From: Oculina patagonica
Lineage: Eukaryota
Assembly (NCBI RefSeq): GCF_052425735.1
Contig: NC_135763.1
Coordinates: 37,882,001 to 37,946,000 of the forward strand
Reading direction: 5' to 3'
Length of the DNA: 64,000 nucleotides
Notes under the pieces: model-generated
Told to the model about the DNA's origin: nothing
What the model saw: only the letters and a program-made list of their open reading frames with translations
Databases searched by the model: none
Position numbers and translations under genes: made by a program
Part shown: positions 1 through 9,721 of the stretch, piece by piece
How the letters are laid out: the number at the start of each line of letters is the position of its first letter
How positions within the stretch are numbered: position 1 is the first letter of the stretch

Positions 1-700
1 TTGGAATCAATAGTTACCCCTAAAAGCTTAAGAGTATCTGCGGTCTTAATTTTCTGATTGTTAGTATAGATCACTGCACTAGTGCCTGAGTCAGTTGTCT
101 TGCTGCAGCCGATGTTTAACGTCTGATATTTCTTTAGGTTTCCGGCCAGCAAGTTTGACTCGTACCACTTTGTTGCCTGATCCGCACTTTCACTAAGCTT
201 AGATGTAACCTCCACTAGATCATGACCACTGTGGTAAATTTGATGATCGTCAGCATACATAGATGGTCTGGTTGCTAAGCACAAGGGGAGGTCGTTCTGA
301 AAAATGTTCCATAGTAACGGCCCCAGGGCAGAGCCCTGGGGACAGCCTCTATTCACCAACCTGTACGAACTGACTTGGTTGCCCATTTTGACACGATTGT
401 ATCTGTCACTAAGGTAGCTTTTCAGGAGTTGTATAAGTCCGTCCTGGAAACCGTATGCTTTAAGCTTACTCAACAACAATGGTGGGTGTAGGGAGTCAAA
501 TGCCTTTGACATGTCAGTGGAAAGAATGTTCACGACAAGACTCTCGTCCCTTGCCCTCTTCCATGCCTCGACCAGGGTGATCAAGGTAGTTTCACAGCTG
601 TGATGTTTACGATATGCAGTTGAGTTTTCATACATACAGGAGTCAAAACCTGCGGCTATCTGATGACACACCAGTTTTTCCAGAACTTTGTTTACACATG
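1..700 (-). mobile_element. LINE (CR1/L2-like) reverse transcriptase ORF2, 3' part, split by the Maverick
   Basis: Minus-strand frame reads CVNKVLEKLV...STDMSKAFDSL...GCPQGSALGPLLWNIFQND...MYADDHQIY...KLLGVTIDS, which are the RT motifs. It runs off the left window edge. Confidence 0.9.
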
Positions 701-1800
701 AGTAGTAAGGACCGCTCTCCTGGCGGTCGACCAATCACAGAGCAGCATTTCTGCGCATGCGTAAAAGGGAAAACCACGTGACTTAGGAGGGTGATGACGT
801 CATAGGAGTCGGTCCCAGTCCCCAAACGGTGGGAATGAACTCGGTCCCAGTCCCCGCGCGGAAAAAAACGACAAGGCAAGAAAATAGGTGTAAAAGGGCA
901 AACCACGTGACTCAGGGGTGTGTTGACGTCATAGGAGTCGGTCCCAGGACGCTTGAGACTCGGTCCCAGTCCCCGGAGGGTGGGAATGAACTCGGTCCCA
1001 GTCCCCGCGCGGAAAAAAACGACAAGGCAAGAAAATACCAATCACAGAGCAGCAGTGGTGCGCTTGCCTTTAGAGAGAAAATCACGTGACAGAAGGGTGA
1101 TGACGTCATGAGAGTAGGTCCCAGGACGCTGGAGACTCGGTCCCAGACCCCAACGGTCATAAACTCGGTCCCAGGCCGTCCTCAGCCACAGTGTCGTCCC
1201 AGACCTTTTTCAAGACATGTCGCCTCCTACGTCATCGGTCCCAGACCCACCCGACCACGCCCTAACTCGCTCCCAGTCCACCTCGGTCACACTCTCGTTC
1301 GTCCCCAGACCCCTGCAAGACAACACACGCAGTTTCTAGTTTCACATTTTAATAACTGGATTAAAAAAAACCTGTTGTTTACAAACGAGACGTGTGCGAA
1401 GCCCTAGTGGCCGCGCACCCTGGGAATGAACGTGTACAAACTTAGCAAGACCACCATCCTATAGATATGGTTCACAAAGTGCCATACTGTCCTTGTGGTA
1501 TTTGGAACTCAATACTTTGCACTAAACGCACGTGCAGATGAGTCTACGCGATACACTCACGATTGATAATTAGTTACCTCTCTTGCGAAGACCACAAAGG
1601 TTGTCTCAGAAAGCGCCATGCCTTCCTTATGGTATGGTTCTTCCTGGCACTAAACGCATGCGCAGATGAGTCTGCATTGCTTTTTCTAGGTCGGCGATTC
1701 TGAGAAAACGCACGCTTGTGAAGTATTAAAAAAAAAGAAACACGTCAGAGAGGGGGGATGAGGGGGTATCCCCCTTTCTCGGGTGTACTGGGAACGAGTA
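701..1800 (+). repeat. Left terminal inverted repeat of the Maverick
   Basis: Reverse complement of 19942-21042. About 5 substitutions and a 1-bp homopolymer indel seen by eye. Confidence 0.97.
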
Positions 1801-1946
1801 CGAATCGAGCGGTGAGAGTGTTTATATCTCAAAAGATGTCGACAAGTAAGTTATTAAATATTCAGTTATGGAGAACGATCAACGTGGGTATGATTGAAAC
1901 TATATCAACGTGTTGCGGTAGGTTTCCTATCTGGGGCATGGTGGTA

Positions 1947-4900
1947 TTACGTACTGAAGTAACCATAGGGGTATGACATAAACGTGTTGGCATCTACCAC
2001 TCTCTTGTCGAAAACCACTTGATAGCGCTTGATCTCCGTCACAGTGTTCAGGGTTTTGGTGGTTTTGTCTCGAGTGATCTTGTGAGGGTTAAACACGGCA
2101 ATGCTCCTCGTTTCGGCCAAGGGTTCTTTCACTTCGGATTTGACGTTGTCTTTCAATGTCTCAAAGTTGAGATGGGCGGATCCTCTCACGTTCAAGGAAA
2201 AACCCCTTACTTTACAACAGGTTTTTCCCAGCTTCGTCTTGTAGGCATAGTTTTTTGGTCCCGCGGCAGCAAATTCCACAATGAAGTCATCATCGTCTAG
2301 TTCGTTCGTGAAGTCTCCCAGGTAATCACCCAATGGCAAGGAGGGCTGGCCTTCTCGAAGTTTGTAGATGAGGGAATCTGTGTCAAAATACAAGATCTGT
2401 TCGGGTTGTAGGATGGAAAGACCTTCTTGGTACAGCTTCAAACGGGCCCAGGTGGTCGTGAAACAGGCAACAAATATGTTGATATCCGGTTGAACGTTGG
2501 CGCAGTCCTCCTTGCACTTATGGACCACCTCCAACATGTCTGGATTGACGACCCGTATGTCGTGGATGTCTCGAGAATCGTCTCTTAACAAGTCGTGAAA
2601 CTCAGCTGCAGAGGTAAAGGCTTCGACTTGGGTCTTGTTGCCTCTCTGGCCATACTTGCCCCAAAAACTATTGAGCATGATCTTGGCCAGGGATCTGCGT
2701 CCGGGGTTCTTTTCAATTTTGTCCGGATCCAACTGGAGGCCTTCTTTGAGAAAGAACTGTCTCAGGTATTCCTGGCGCTTGTCTGGATCGTCGCCCACCC
2801 AGGAGGGCCAACCGCTCGCTTCCTGCTTCATCTTCAGGAAGGTGTTGACATACTCTTTAAACATGGTGTTGGATTTGCGGTCAAAGTGCCACACCTCGTG
2901 AATGTGCTCCACCACGTACCCTTGCTTGACGGCCTCTTCCAACTCGGGCGTGCACCACGTTCCGGTCAGTTGGCGTTCTTGGGGGCTGTGAGCGCATTTG
3001 GAGGATCGTTGGGTCAATGGCTTGGGCTGCTCCACTTCCACGCAGGTACGGCAGAGGGGGAATGTCAGTTTACCCCCTTGGCGATAGGGCAACACGGGGC
3101 TGTACAACCCGTAAGGTGGCGTCACCGTACACTTTGCCAGACCGAAGAATTGTGAAATGTTCGTGTGTCCCGGTTCTAGGATCACTTCGGGATGCCCTTG
3201 AGGGTAGTCACAGTTTTTGTTGACCCAGGGGTAGAGAGAAGTAAAGTCCACGTACCGGATCTCCTCTTCAGGTTCAGCAAGGTCATAGAGGCGGACGGCA
3301 TTGGTTCTACCGCCAAAGAACGCGTCTCGGGGCTCCAAGCGGGAGTTGATCGCCAACGAGTCCACGAACGATTTCACCTCGGGATCACTGTCCTTGAGCG
3401 CTTTCCACTGGCATTCCCACATTTCTACCACGCGGTAACCCGCATCCCGGATCCGTTGCGTCTTTTGTTGCGTTTCCGCGTACACGTCCCTCAGACTTCT
3501 GTCGCCCATCTTCCGGTGCTTCTGATCGCGATTGGGAAAACAGTCAGGACAGCCGTGAAAGTAACAGCCGTGGAACTCGTAAACCGTGCGATCCTCGTAC
3601 CCGTCGACGTTGATCAGACGGCCTCCAATCCACAAGGCTCGTTCTCCACCGTTCCTGGCGTGGCGGATGGTACCCTGCGTCTGGCTGTCTTGATACAGCA
3701 ACCATTCCAGCGAGACGTGCGAGTGAGGTTTGCCCTTGCCTTCCCAGCCTCGTACCGGTTCAGAAGCCAACGTCTGTTCTTGCATGCACTTGGTGCGGTA
3801 GAAGCGATTACAGGCGGAGGCAATGGTGAGGCACTTGTCCATGGGATCGAACCCGGCAATGGCTTGAAACTCTGCCCGGAAGACCTTGCACCCTTCGTGC
3901 AACAGCTCCACGTCGGAGCGACAGTAGTCGACAAGTTCGTTCCGAAAGTGGAACTCGTAATTCTCCGCCACGCGTTCTTCGTACCACTTGTCGAATTCGG
4001 CTTTCCTGGCAGCGGACATTCCCTCTGGATCGTAATAGTCTCTGGCAGGCATGCTTCCCACATAGTTTTGATTTTCCTTCGTGTTAAAGAAGTGGGGGAA
4101 AAACCCCTTTTTTTGCTCGGTGAGGCCAAAGGCTTTGGGAAAGGTAGCAAGGCTCATCTGCAGAAAACACATGGAGTCCTTAAAGGTGATGTTTGGGATG
4201 TTCATGCTGATTATTTTGGCACCATTGACGACTTGTTCAGGGCAGATGGCTTGGTCGTACAACTCGTTTAATATGAAATACGAGTCGTACCCTTGGAAGT
4301 TATGAGCGACAGCTATCACGCGGTGTTGTTCGGCGATCTCCCTCAACCAAGCGAGAAAGTCTTTGACACAAGTCTCTCCCTCGAAGGTTCTCCTCTCGTC
4401 GGTGTCTCCTCTCAGGGCGCAAATCAAGTTGGCGACGTGCTGGCCTTCTTCCTGCCTGGCTTCGGCGTCCCAACTGACGAACACGGGTGGTTGGTCTTCT
4501 TTGCGTTGACCGGCGCTGGTTCTCTTGCGGTTCTGTTTTTGTTCCACCTTGAGAGGATTTTGTATGTAGCACTGGTGGTAACGAAGATCTTGGTATTCCT
4601 TGCAGGACGGGCAGGAAGCGTGGCCGCACTTGTGACTGTTTCTCAGTTCATAGTCACCGTACGTCTTGAAACAGCCCGCACACCGTTTGTGCTTGTCACA
4701 CACACTGTTCCTCTTGTCTCGGGCCATGTCTTTGCCGGTGTCGGTGCGACTCTTGTGCAATTGAAGACAGCGGGTTCCAAAAAAGTCCCGTTGACAGTCT
4801 GTACAGTTCACCCTGGGTACAGCGTGGGCTCTCTTCCATTCGTGGCAATCTGTCTGATGGCAGGCGGCGCATCTGGCACCCGGGCAGCGGTGCTCCTTAG

Positions 4901-5816
4901 GATTGTTATGGGAGAACCCTTTTTCGCATTGGGTGCAATAATAACTCTTGCCAAAAAATCCGCCTAGGGAAGTGCAGCCGTGGTAATGGTCATGGTGCTT
5001 GATCAAGATCAAACGTTTGTCGTCGGGGCGTTGTGCTCCTTTGAAGATGATCTGGTACCCATGTTGGACAGACACCACCACAATCTGGTAGTCGTTCAAG
5101 TGCGCTTGAAATTTGGCCAATTCGTCCAAGCCGCAAGGACCTTCTGGCACGTCGGACAAACGATGCAACTCTCTGGCTGCCTTTTCTTGGATGGGGTATG
5201 CTCCACGGACATTCTTGTAATACCAATGGTCGTGGCCGTAATCGACGCGAGCCTTCATCATCACCAAGGCGCGGGCACAACATAACTGGTCGGTGTTTTT
5301 GATTTTCAGCACACATTTTTTGCGGTCCAGGATCTCCTCAATGGGATCCAAACCGGGTTTGTATTTCTGATGGTCTCCCCCTCTGCCTGGATCTTGTATG
5401 TGAGACACGTTTAGGTTGAACGTGTCGTCGACTTGAAAAGTCTGATTACTGTTCAGCATGTCACTGATTTGTTTTAACAACTGTTGGGCAGCGACGGTGT
5501 TTTCTCTCCACTCTCCCACTCTCAGCCGTCTGGAATGAAAAGCATTTTGAATCCTGTTACTGTTGATGTTGATCAACAAGTGATCGTCATCTCCAACGGC
5601 TCCATCATCCAAGATATGTTGCTGCACGGCTCTCTGCAGGGCTCTGGCAATCTGCTGCACCAATATGGGTCGCGGTCCTAGGGGAGCGGATTCCACTGCG
5701 GCACCACCACCACCTGTCTGCACCAATCGTCCGGTAAAGTTTCTGATGTGGAGACCAAATCTCCTGACTCGCCGATCTACATGGGCTCTCAGTTGAAATT
5801 CAAAAGGAACATCCAT
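1947..5816 (-). CDS. Protein-primed family B DNA polymerase (pPolB), main exon
   Basis: 1289 aa with exonuclease motifs (WDAE, AHNFQGYD, YCRSD), polymerase motifs (DFTSLYP, KIMLNSFWGKY, YFDTDS, KNY), an inserted VDG...EFHGCYFHG nuclease-like segment and an N-terminal Cys-rich region. Confidence 0.97.
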   Translation of the reverse strand: MDVPFEFQLRAHVDRRVRRFGLHIRNFTGRLVQTGGGGAAVESAPLGPRPILVQQIARALQRAVQQHILDDGAVGDDDHLLININSNRIQNAFHSRRLRVGEWRENTVAAQQLLKQISDMLNSNQTFQVDDTFNLNVSHIQDPGRGGDHQKYKPGLDPIEEILDRKKCVLKIKNTDQLCCARALVMMKARVDYGHDHWYYKNVRGAYPIQEKAARELHRLSDVPEGPCGLDELAKFQAHLNDYQIVVVSVQHGYQIIFKGAQRPDDKRLILIKHHDHYHGCTSLGGFFGKSYYCTQCEKGFSHNNPKEHRCPGARCAACHQTDCHEWKRAHAVPRVNCTDCQRDFFGTRCLQLHKSRTDTGKDMARDKRNSVCDKHKRCAGCFKTYGDYELRNSHKCGHASCPSCKEYQDLRYHQCYIQNPLKVEQKQNRKRTSAGQRKEDQPPVFVSWDAEARQEEGQHVANLICALRGDTDERRTFEGETCVKDFLAWLREIAEQHRVIAVAHNFQGYDSYFILNELYDQAICPEQVVNGAKIISMNIPNITFKDSMCFLQMSLATFPKAFGLTEQKKGFFPHFFNTKENQNYVGSMPARDYYDPEGMSAARKAEFDKWYEERVAENYEFHFRNELVDYCRSDVELLHEGCKVFRAEFQAIAGFDPMDKCLTIASACNRFYRTKCMQEQTLASEPVRGWEGKGKPHSHVSLEWLLYQDSQTQGTIRHARNGGERALWIGGRLINVDGYEDRTVYEFHGCYFHGCPDCFPNRDQKHRKMGDRSLRDVYAETQQKTQRIRDAGYRVVEMWECQWKALKDSDPEVKSFVDSLAINSRLEPRDAFFGGRTNAVRLYDLAEPEEEIRYVDFTSLYPWVNKNCDYPQGHPEVILEPGHTNISQFFGLAKCTVTPPYGLYSPVLPYRQGGKLTFPLCRTCVEVEQPKPLTQRSSKCAHSPQERQLTGTWCTPELEEAVKQGYVVEHIHEVWHFDRKSNTMFKEYVNTFLKMKQEASGWPSWVGDDPDKRQEYLRQFFLKEGLQLDPDKIEKNPGRRSLAKIMLNSFWGKYGQRGNKTQVEAFTSAAEFHDLLRDDSRDIHDIRVVNPDMLEVVHKCKEDCANVQPDINIFVACFTTTWARLKLYQEGLSILQPEQILYFDTDSLIYKLREGQPSLPLGDYLGDFTNELDDDDFIVEFAAAGPKNYAYKTKLGKTCCKVRGFSLNVRGSAHLNFETLKDNVKSEVKEPLAETRSIAVFNPHKITRDKTTKTLNTVTEIKRYQVVFDKRVVDANTFMSYPYGYFST

Positions 5817-5951
5817 CTTGAAACAAAGGAAACAAGGTAATGAATGTCCGTAATTTTCTGTTTTACTGTACAGCTCATTAGAATATTACACAGCATATTA
5901 GCATACGAAAAACGGGTTACACGAATTCACTCTACTCTAATAACTAGTTAC

Positions 5952-6211
5952 CTCTTCCTCGGAGTCTTCTTGACTTTGAATACCGCGCTGTTCACCACTT
6001 GTGCTTGCACCCTGCGATGGCCAAAACATGGTATTAATAAAAAAACGCACGTGAATTGAACACGACCAAACGCATCTCATCAACGTACCTCTTCCAATCT
6101 AGCCCTCTTGGGACTTTCTTCGACCATCTCAGGTTCCATAATTTCTCCTTCAACCTCTTCTTCTATCTTACCAGAGTCTTCTTTTTCTCCACCAGTCTTC
6201 TCTTTTTCCAT
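5952..6211 (-). CDS. Predicted upstream coding exons of polB (6211-6089 and 6011-5952)
   Basis: Canonical GT/AG sites, exon lengths 123 and 60 nt, both introns phase 0, joining in frame to the ATG at 5816. Confidence 0.7.
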
Positions 6212-6273
6212 ATCTTGATGAGTGCTTAGACCAAACAAAGTTTGCGAGTGACAAAAGTCAAGCGGAGCTCTCG

Positions 6274-6558
6274 TTATATAGAGAGAATTAACCAATCAGC
6301 TTTTACTTTTTATTATAACCAATTAAATACTCGGTCCATTCTTTTTCGAGGTGACGTGTACAGAATCAACCAATGAGATCTCATGATCAATGTCGCCCAC
6401 GTGACGGGATTTTCCCCACAAGGGTAAAATCCCAAGCTCACGGGATTTTCCCACAAGGGTAAAATCCCGGGATTTTCCCCCAAGGGAAAAATCCCGACGC
6501 ACGCGCGTGGAGAATCTTTCTCGGAATTCTCGGAACCCGCGTGTGTTCATTCTCGGAA
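6274..6558 (-). promoter_or_regulatory. Putative polB promoter/enhancer (TATA, CCAAT, kB-like and GAS-like sites)
   Basis: TATATAA on the minus strand at 6280-6274. CCAAT at 6292, 6319, 6370. GGGATTTTCC x3 with inverted partners at 6406-6495. TTCTCGGAA x3 at 6518, 6527, 6550. Confidence 0.6.
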
Positions 6559-7062
6559 AAGTACAGTAAAAACGGACGAAGTTTTCTTGTCGGATTACAG
6601 CTCTTTTCAAGAAGGATATAAGCTTTAAGGTGAGCTAATGTCTCCATACTCTACTGTACAAGACGAAGAGCGTTTGATAAATTGTATTTACTGCGAAAAA
6701 TAAATTTGGTTACGTTGTAAATCTTGACGAGTGGTTTGTTTTTGTTCGTGCGGCCATCATGAACCCTGCATAGTAAAGAAGAAGAAGGTTTTAGACCCGT
6801 TCATTTCGTTCAAGGTTTTTTGGTCTAGTTTTGTTTATGGTCAAAAAAAGAAGAAACCAAACTTTACGAATGAACAAGTCGTTTTTGGTGGACTGAATTA
6901 TTCTTTTAAGCGAAATTGCTCGCGCAGTTGTCGTTGTCTTTCATAAACAACAACGCCTTCATCTTTTCTTTTTGCGGTCTCAAAATCGAGGGAACATCCC
7001 ACTATGATTCAGAAAAAAATAAAACCTAGCCACCTAGAAATGAAGCTTAAACGTTGTAAATC

Positions 7063-7985
7063 CTAAACAAGTGTGTCACCGCCTCCGTTGTGATTTTTCA
7101 CCGGTCGCGAAAAATATAATTTTAGCGAGCGGTTCATTTGACCGTTGTTCAAATGCATTGTTTCTCGAGGAAAAAAATTTTGTTTCGGCCCTTAAATCAA
7201 AGAGATGTCCAACCATGAATGGTATTAATTTAGTAAAACGCAAAGCAAGCCATTGAGCCGACTCTTTTACATTTTTAGACTCTAAACAAGTGTGTCAACG
7301 ACTTTGTTGTGATTTTTACCGTTCGCGAAAAAATATAATTTTAGCGTGAGGTTCGTTTGGCCGTTGTTCAAATGCATTTTTCTCGAAGAAAATTTTTTTT
7401 TTGCGGCCCTTATATCAAAGGGACGTCTAACCATGAATGATATTATTTCGATGAATGTTATTGAGCCGAAAATTTCATATTTTTGGACTCTAAGCACAAG
7501 TGTCATCGACTTTGTTGTGATTTTCACCGTTCGCGAAAAAATATAATTTAGCGTACGGTATTTGTTGTTGTTTAAATGCGTTTGTTTGTTTGTTTGTTTT
7601 TGCGGCCCTGAAATGAAAGGGACGTCCAACCATGAATGATATTATTTTAGTGAATCTCAAAGCAAGTCATTGAGCCGGATCTTCACATTTTTACACCCTA
7701 AACAAGTGTGTCAACGAGTTTGTTGTGATTTTTCACCGGCCGCTAAAAATATAATTGTTGTAGGTGGTTCATTCGGCCGTTGTTAAAATGTTTTTTTTTT
7801 TTTGCGGCCCTTAAATCAAAAAGGACGTCCAACCATAAAAGATATTATTTCGATGAATGTTATTGAGCCGAAAATTTCATATTTTTGGACTCTAAGCACA
7901 AGTGTCATCGACTTTGTTGTGATTTTCACCGTTCGCGAAAAAATATAATTTAGCGTGCGGTATTTGTTGTTGTTGTTAAAGCGAT
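7063..7985. repeat. Non-coding tandem array, ~4.5 units of ~195-220 bp, inside the Maverick
   Basis: Units start at 7063, 7282, 7490, 7698 and 7892 (CTAAACAAGTGTGTCA or CTAAGCACAAGTGTCA). 7440-7570 and 7842-7972 are nearly identical. Confidence 0.9.
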
Positions 7986-8035
7986 TGAATACCATACTCT
8001 CGTAATTCAGTTTCGGCATGGAGCAATTTTTAAAT

Positions 8036-8557
8036 TTATTTAACAACAAAAGTGTGATACCATAACCAGAAAGCATGACATTCGGTCATTGGACAATGTC
8101 CTTCGTATAGATGAAAACCGCAACTAGGTAAAGGTTCTACAATTGTCTCTTTCAACACGTCGTATTTCGGACATCCGTACAGTTCTAAATTCACGCTAGG
8201 AATGTTCAGTTTGTTCAACAAGTCTCTTTCGACGTGTCCTCCCTTGTAAGCCACCACGGTTCTCTCGGGGGTTTTGGTCTCCTCGTACAAATCCCACATC
8301 ACCTCCTCCACCCTGTCATACTCGTAGGCCTTTTCTTCCTTTCTGGGTTGATACGTCAGTCCGTGCACGTTGTATTTGACGTAAGACACGGTTTTTCTGT
8401 CTCTGGAAGATAAGTTGCACCACGGCATTCTCATGTAGAAAGCATGGCGTCCGAACTTTTCTTGCCAAGTGTAATAACCCAACTCGCGTACTCGAAACGT
8501 CTTCTCCACAAAGTAACCTTCCAAGTCCAAGATCATGCACACATTTTCCGGAGTCAT
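8036..8557 (-). CDS. DEDD/DnaQ-like nuclease-fold protein (possibly Maelstrom-like)
   Basis: ILDLEG motif I, VAYKG, C-terminal CxxH...HC...C cluster, and AATAAA at the stop. Confidence 0.6.
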   Translation of the reverse strand: MTPENVCMILDLEGYFVEKTFRVRELGYYTWQEKFGRHAFYMRMPWCNLSSRDRKTVSYVKYNVHGLTYQPRKEEKAYEYDRVEEVMWDLYEETKTPERTVVAYKGGHVERDLLNKLNIPSVNLELYGCPKYDVLKETIVEPLPSCGFHLYEGHCPMTECHAFWLWYHTFVVK

Positions 8558-8622
8558 GCCAGAGCCAACTGCACTCTGATGCTTGACGTAGAAAATATAT
8601 GAAAATGTTTAAACTGTAAATC

Positions 8623-9531
8623 TCAATGATCCAAATTACGATATTGTTTCTGGGAAATGCGCTTCAGATACAGTTGATTTCTCAGCATTTTCTCTTCATC
8701 CGAGTCGTACTTCACGCCAGCCAATTCCGGGGGAAGAATAATTTTCCCTTCTCCATCCACCCAAAACTTTTGCTCTTGACACTGTTTGACCAATGACTCG
8801 TCCAAGGGAAGATCACCAATCCAATCCTTGACCGGGGGTGGGTAGTGTTGTACTTTGAAGGCGGGTCTCCCATCCAGAATTCGTTGCGGTCTATCCACCA
8901 CGTCTTGTCCTCTACTGGGGTATCCAAATTCGTTCCTTGAGTCCAGTCCAGACCTTCTCGAGTAGAGGGGATCCTCGTTTCCCACATATTCCTTTCCTTC
9001 CAGCCAGGCTTTGATCTTGCCAAACGGAACACTGTCGGCCCATTGGAAGAACCGGCATTTACCCTTTCTGCACTTGAGGTAGATCCTGTCCGGGTTGCTC
9101 TCTGATTTCGACATGCTCAGAATGAGACTCTCGTTGCAGTAACATTTCATCTTATCCATGTTCCAATAATAGTAAGCCGGTAATTGTTGATTGACCGCCA
9201 CCACGTACTGGTCAATGTGGGCGCTACCGGTGCAAATGAAACAGATGGTGCCTTCGCTCGTGTGGGGGCAAAAGTAGAACTCCCATCCCCCGTCCGTCAT
9301 TCTCTTGGTCAGCGGTTCTTTGTGGACGGGGCAAACCGGGTCGCGCTCCGTGTCGTCAAAGGTCTGTTGTAGGAACTGGTCGGGGTCGAAAATTTCACCC
9401 TCCTCCAACACTTCCTCTTTCAACTCCATCTTCTTCTTTGTAGGATGTCTCTTTTTACGGGGGACTTTGGGTTTCTTGGGGTTTCCAGTCCCTCTCCTCT
9501 GTCGCTTTTTTCGGGGTTCTACCAAGTCCAT
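8623..9531 (-). CDS. GRF-type zinc finger protein with basic NLS
   Basis: CYC-x13-NPDRIYLKC...CRFFQWAD fits zf-GRF. A second degenerate CxxH...C...C module lies upstream. N-terminus is K/R-rich. Confidence 0.75.
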   Translation of the reverse strand: MDLVEPRKKRQRRGTGNPKKPKVPRKKRHPTKKKMELKEEVLEEGEIFDPDQFLQQTFDDTERDPVCPVHKEPLTKRMTDGGWEFYFCPHTSEGTICFICTGSAHIDQYVVAVNQQLPAYYYWNMDKMKCYCNESLILSMSKSESNPDRIYLKCRKGKCRFFQWADSVPFGKIKAWLEGKEYVGNEDPLYSRRSGLDSRNEFGYPSRGQDVVDRPQRILDGRPAFKVQHYPPPVKDWIGDLPLDESLVKQCQEQKFWVDGEGKIILPPELAGVKYDSDEEKMLRNQLYLKRISQKQYRNLDH

Positions 9532-9559
9532 GGTGCGTCGACTGAGGTCTAGTAGAGGC

Positions 9560-9700
9560 CGGCGCTAGGCTTTTATACTCTACCCTCGGAATGACGTCAA
9601 TACGCACGAACCAACCAGAGAGGTAACACGTGACCTCTTCCGACCAACCGGCAATGACCCAGGTGACGTCATCCAACGTATAAAAAGAGCTGCGCGTCCA
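9560..9700. promoter_or_regulatory. Symmetric bidirectional viral promoter
   Basis: TATAAAA on the minus strand (~9570-9576) and plus strand (~9680). TGACGTCA at ~9592 and ~9664. Central CACGTGAC. It lies between divergent ATGs at 9531 and 9722. Confidence 0.65.
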
Positions 9701-9721
9701 TTTGTCGACTCAGTTGCAGCG

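Noticed and set aside
643-1407. ORFs within the TIRs, and their mirrors at 20336-21331
   Set aside because: Products of GC-rich repeated motifs; some cross the element boundary; no protein motifs.
2019-5681. Long antisense and alternate-frame ORFs over polB (e.g. 3192-4271)
   Set aside because: Shadow ORFs from codon bias of the real gene.
6323-6647. ORFs with repeated GKSR peptides
   Set aside because: Translation of the kB-like DNA repeat; better explained as regulatory sequence.
7063-7985. CRISPR-like array interpretation
   Set aside because: Whole units are homologous, with no constant repeat and unique spacer alternation, and there are no cas genes.
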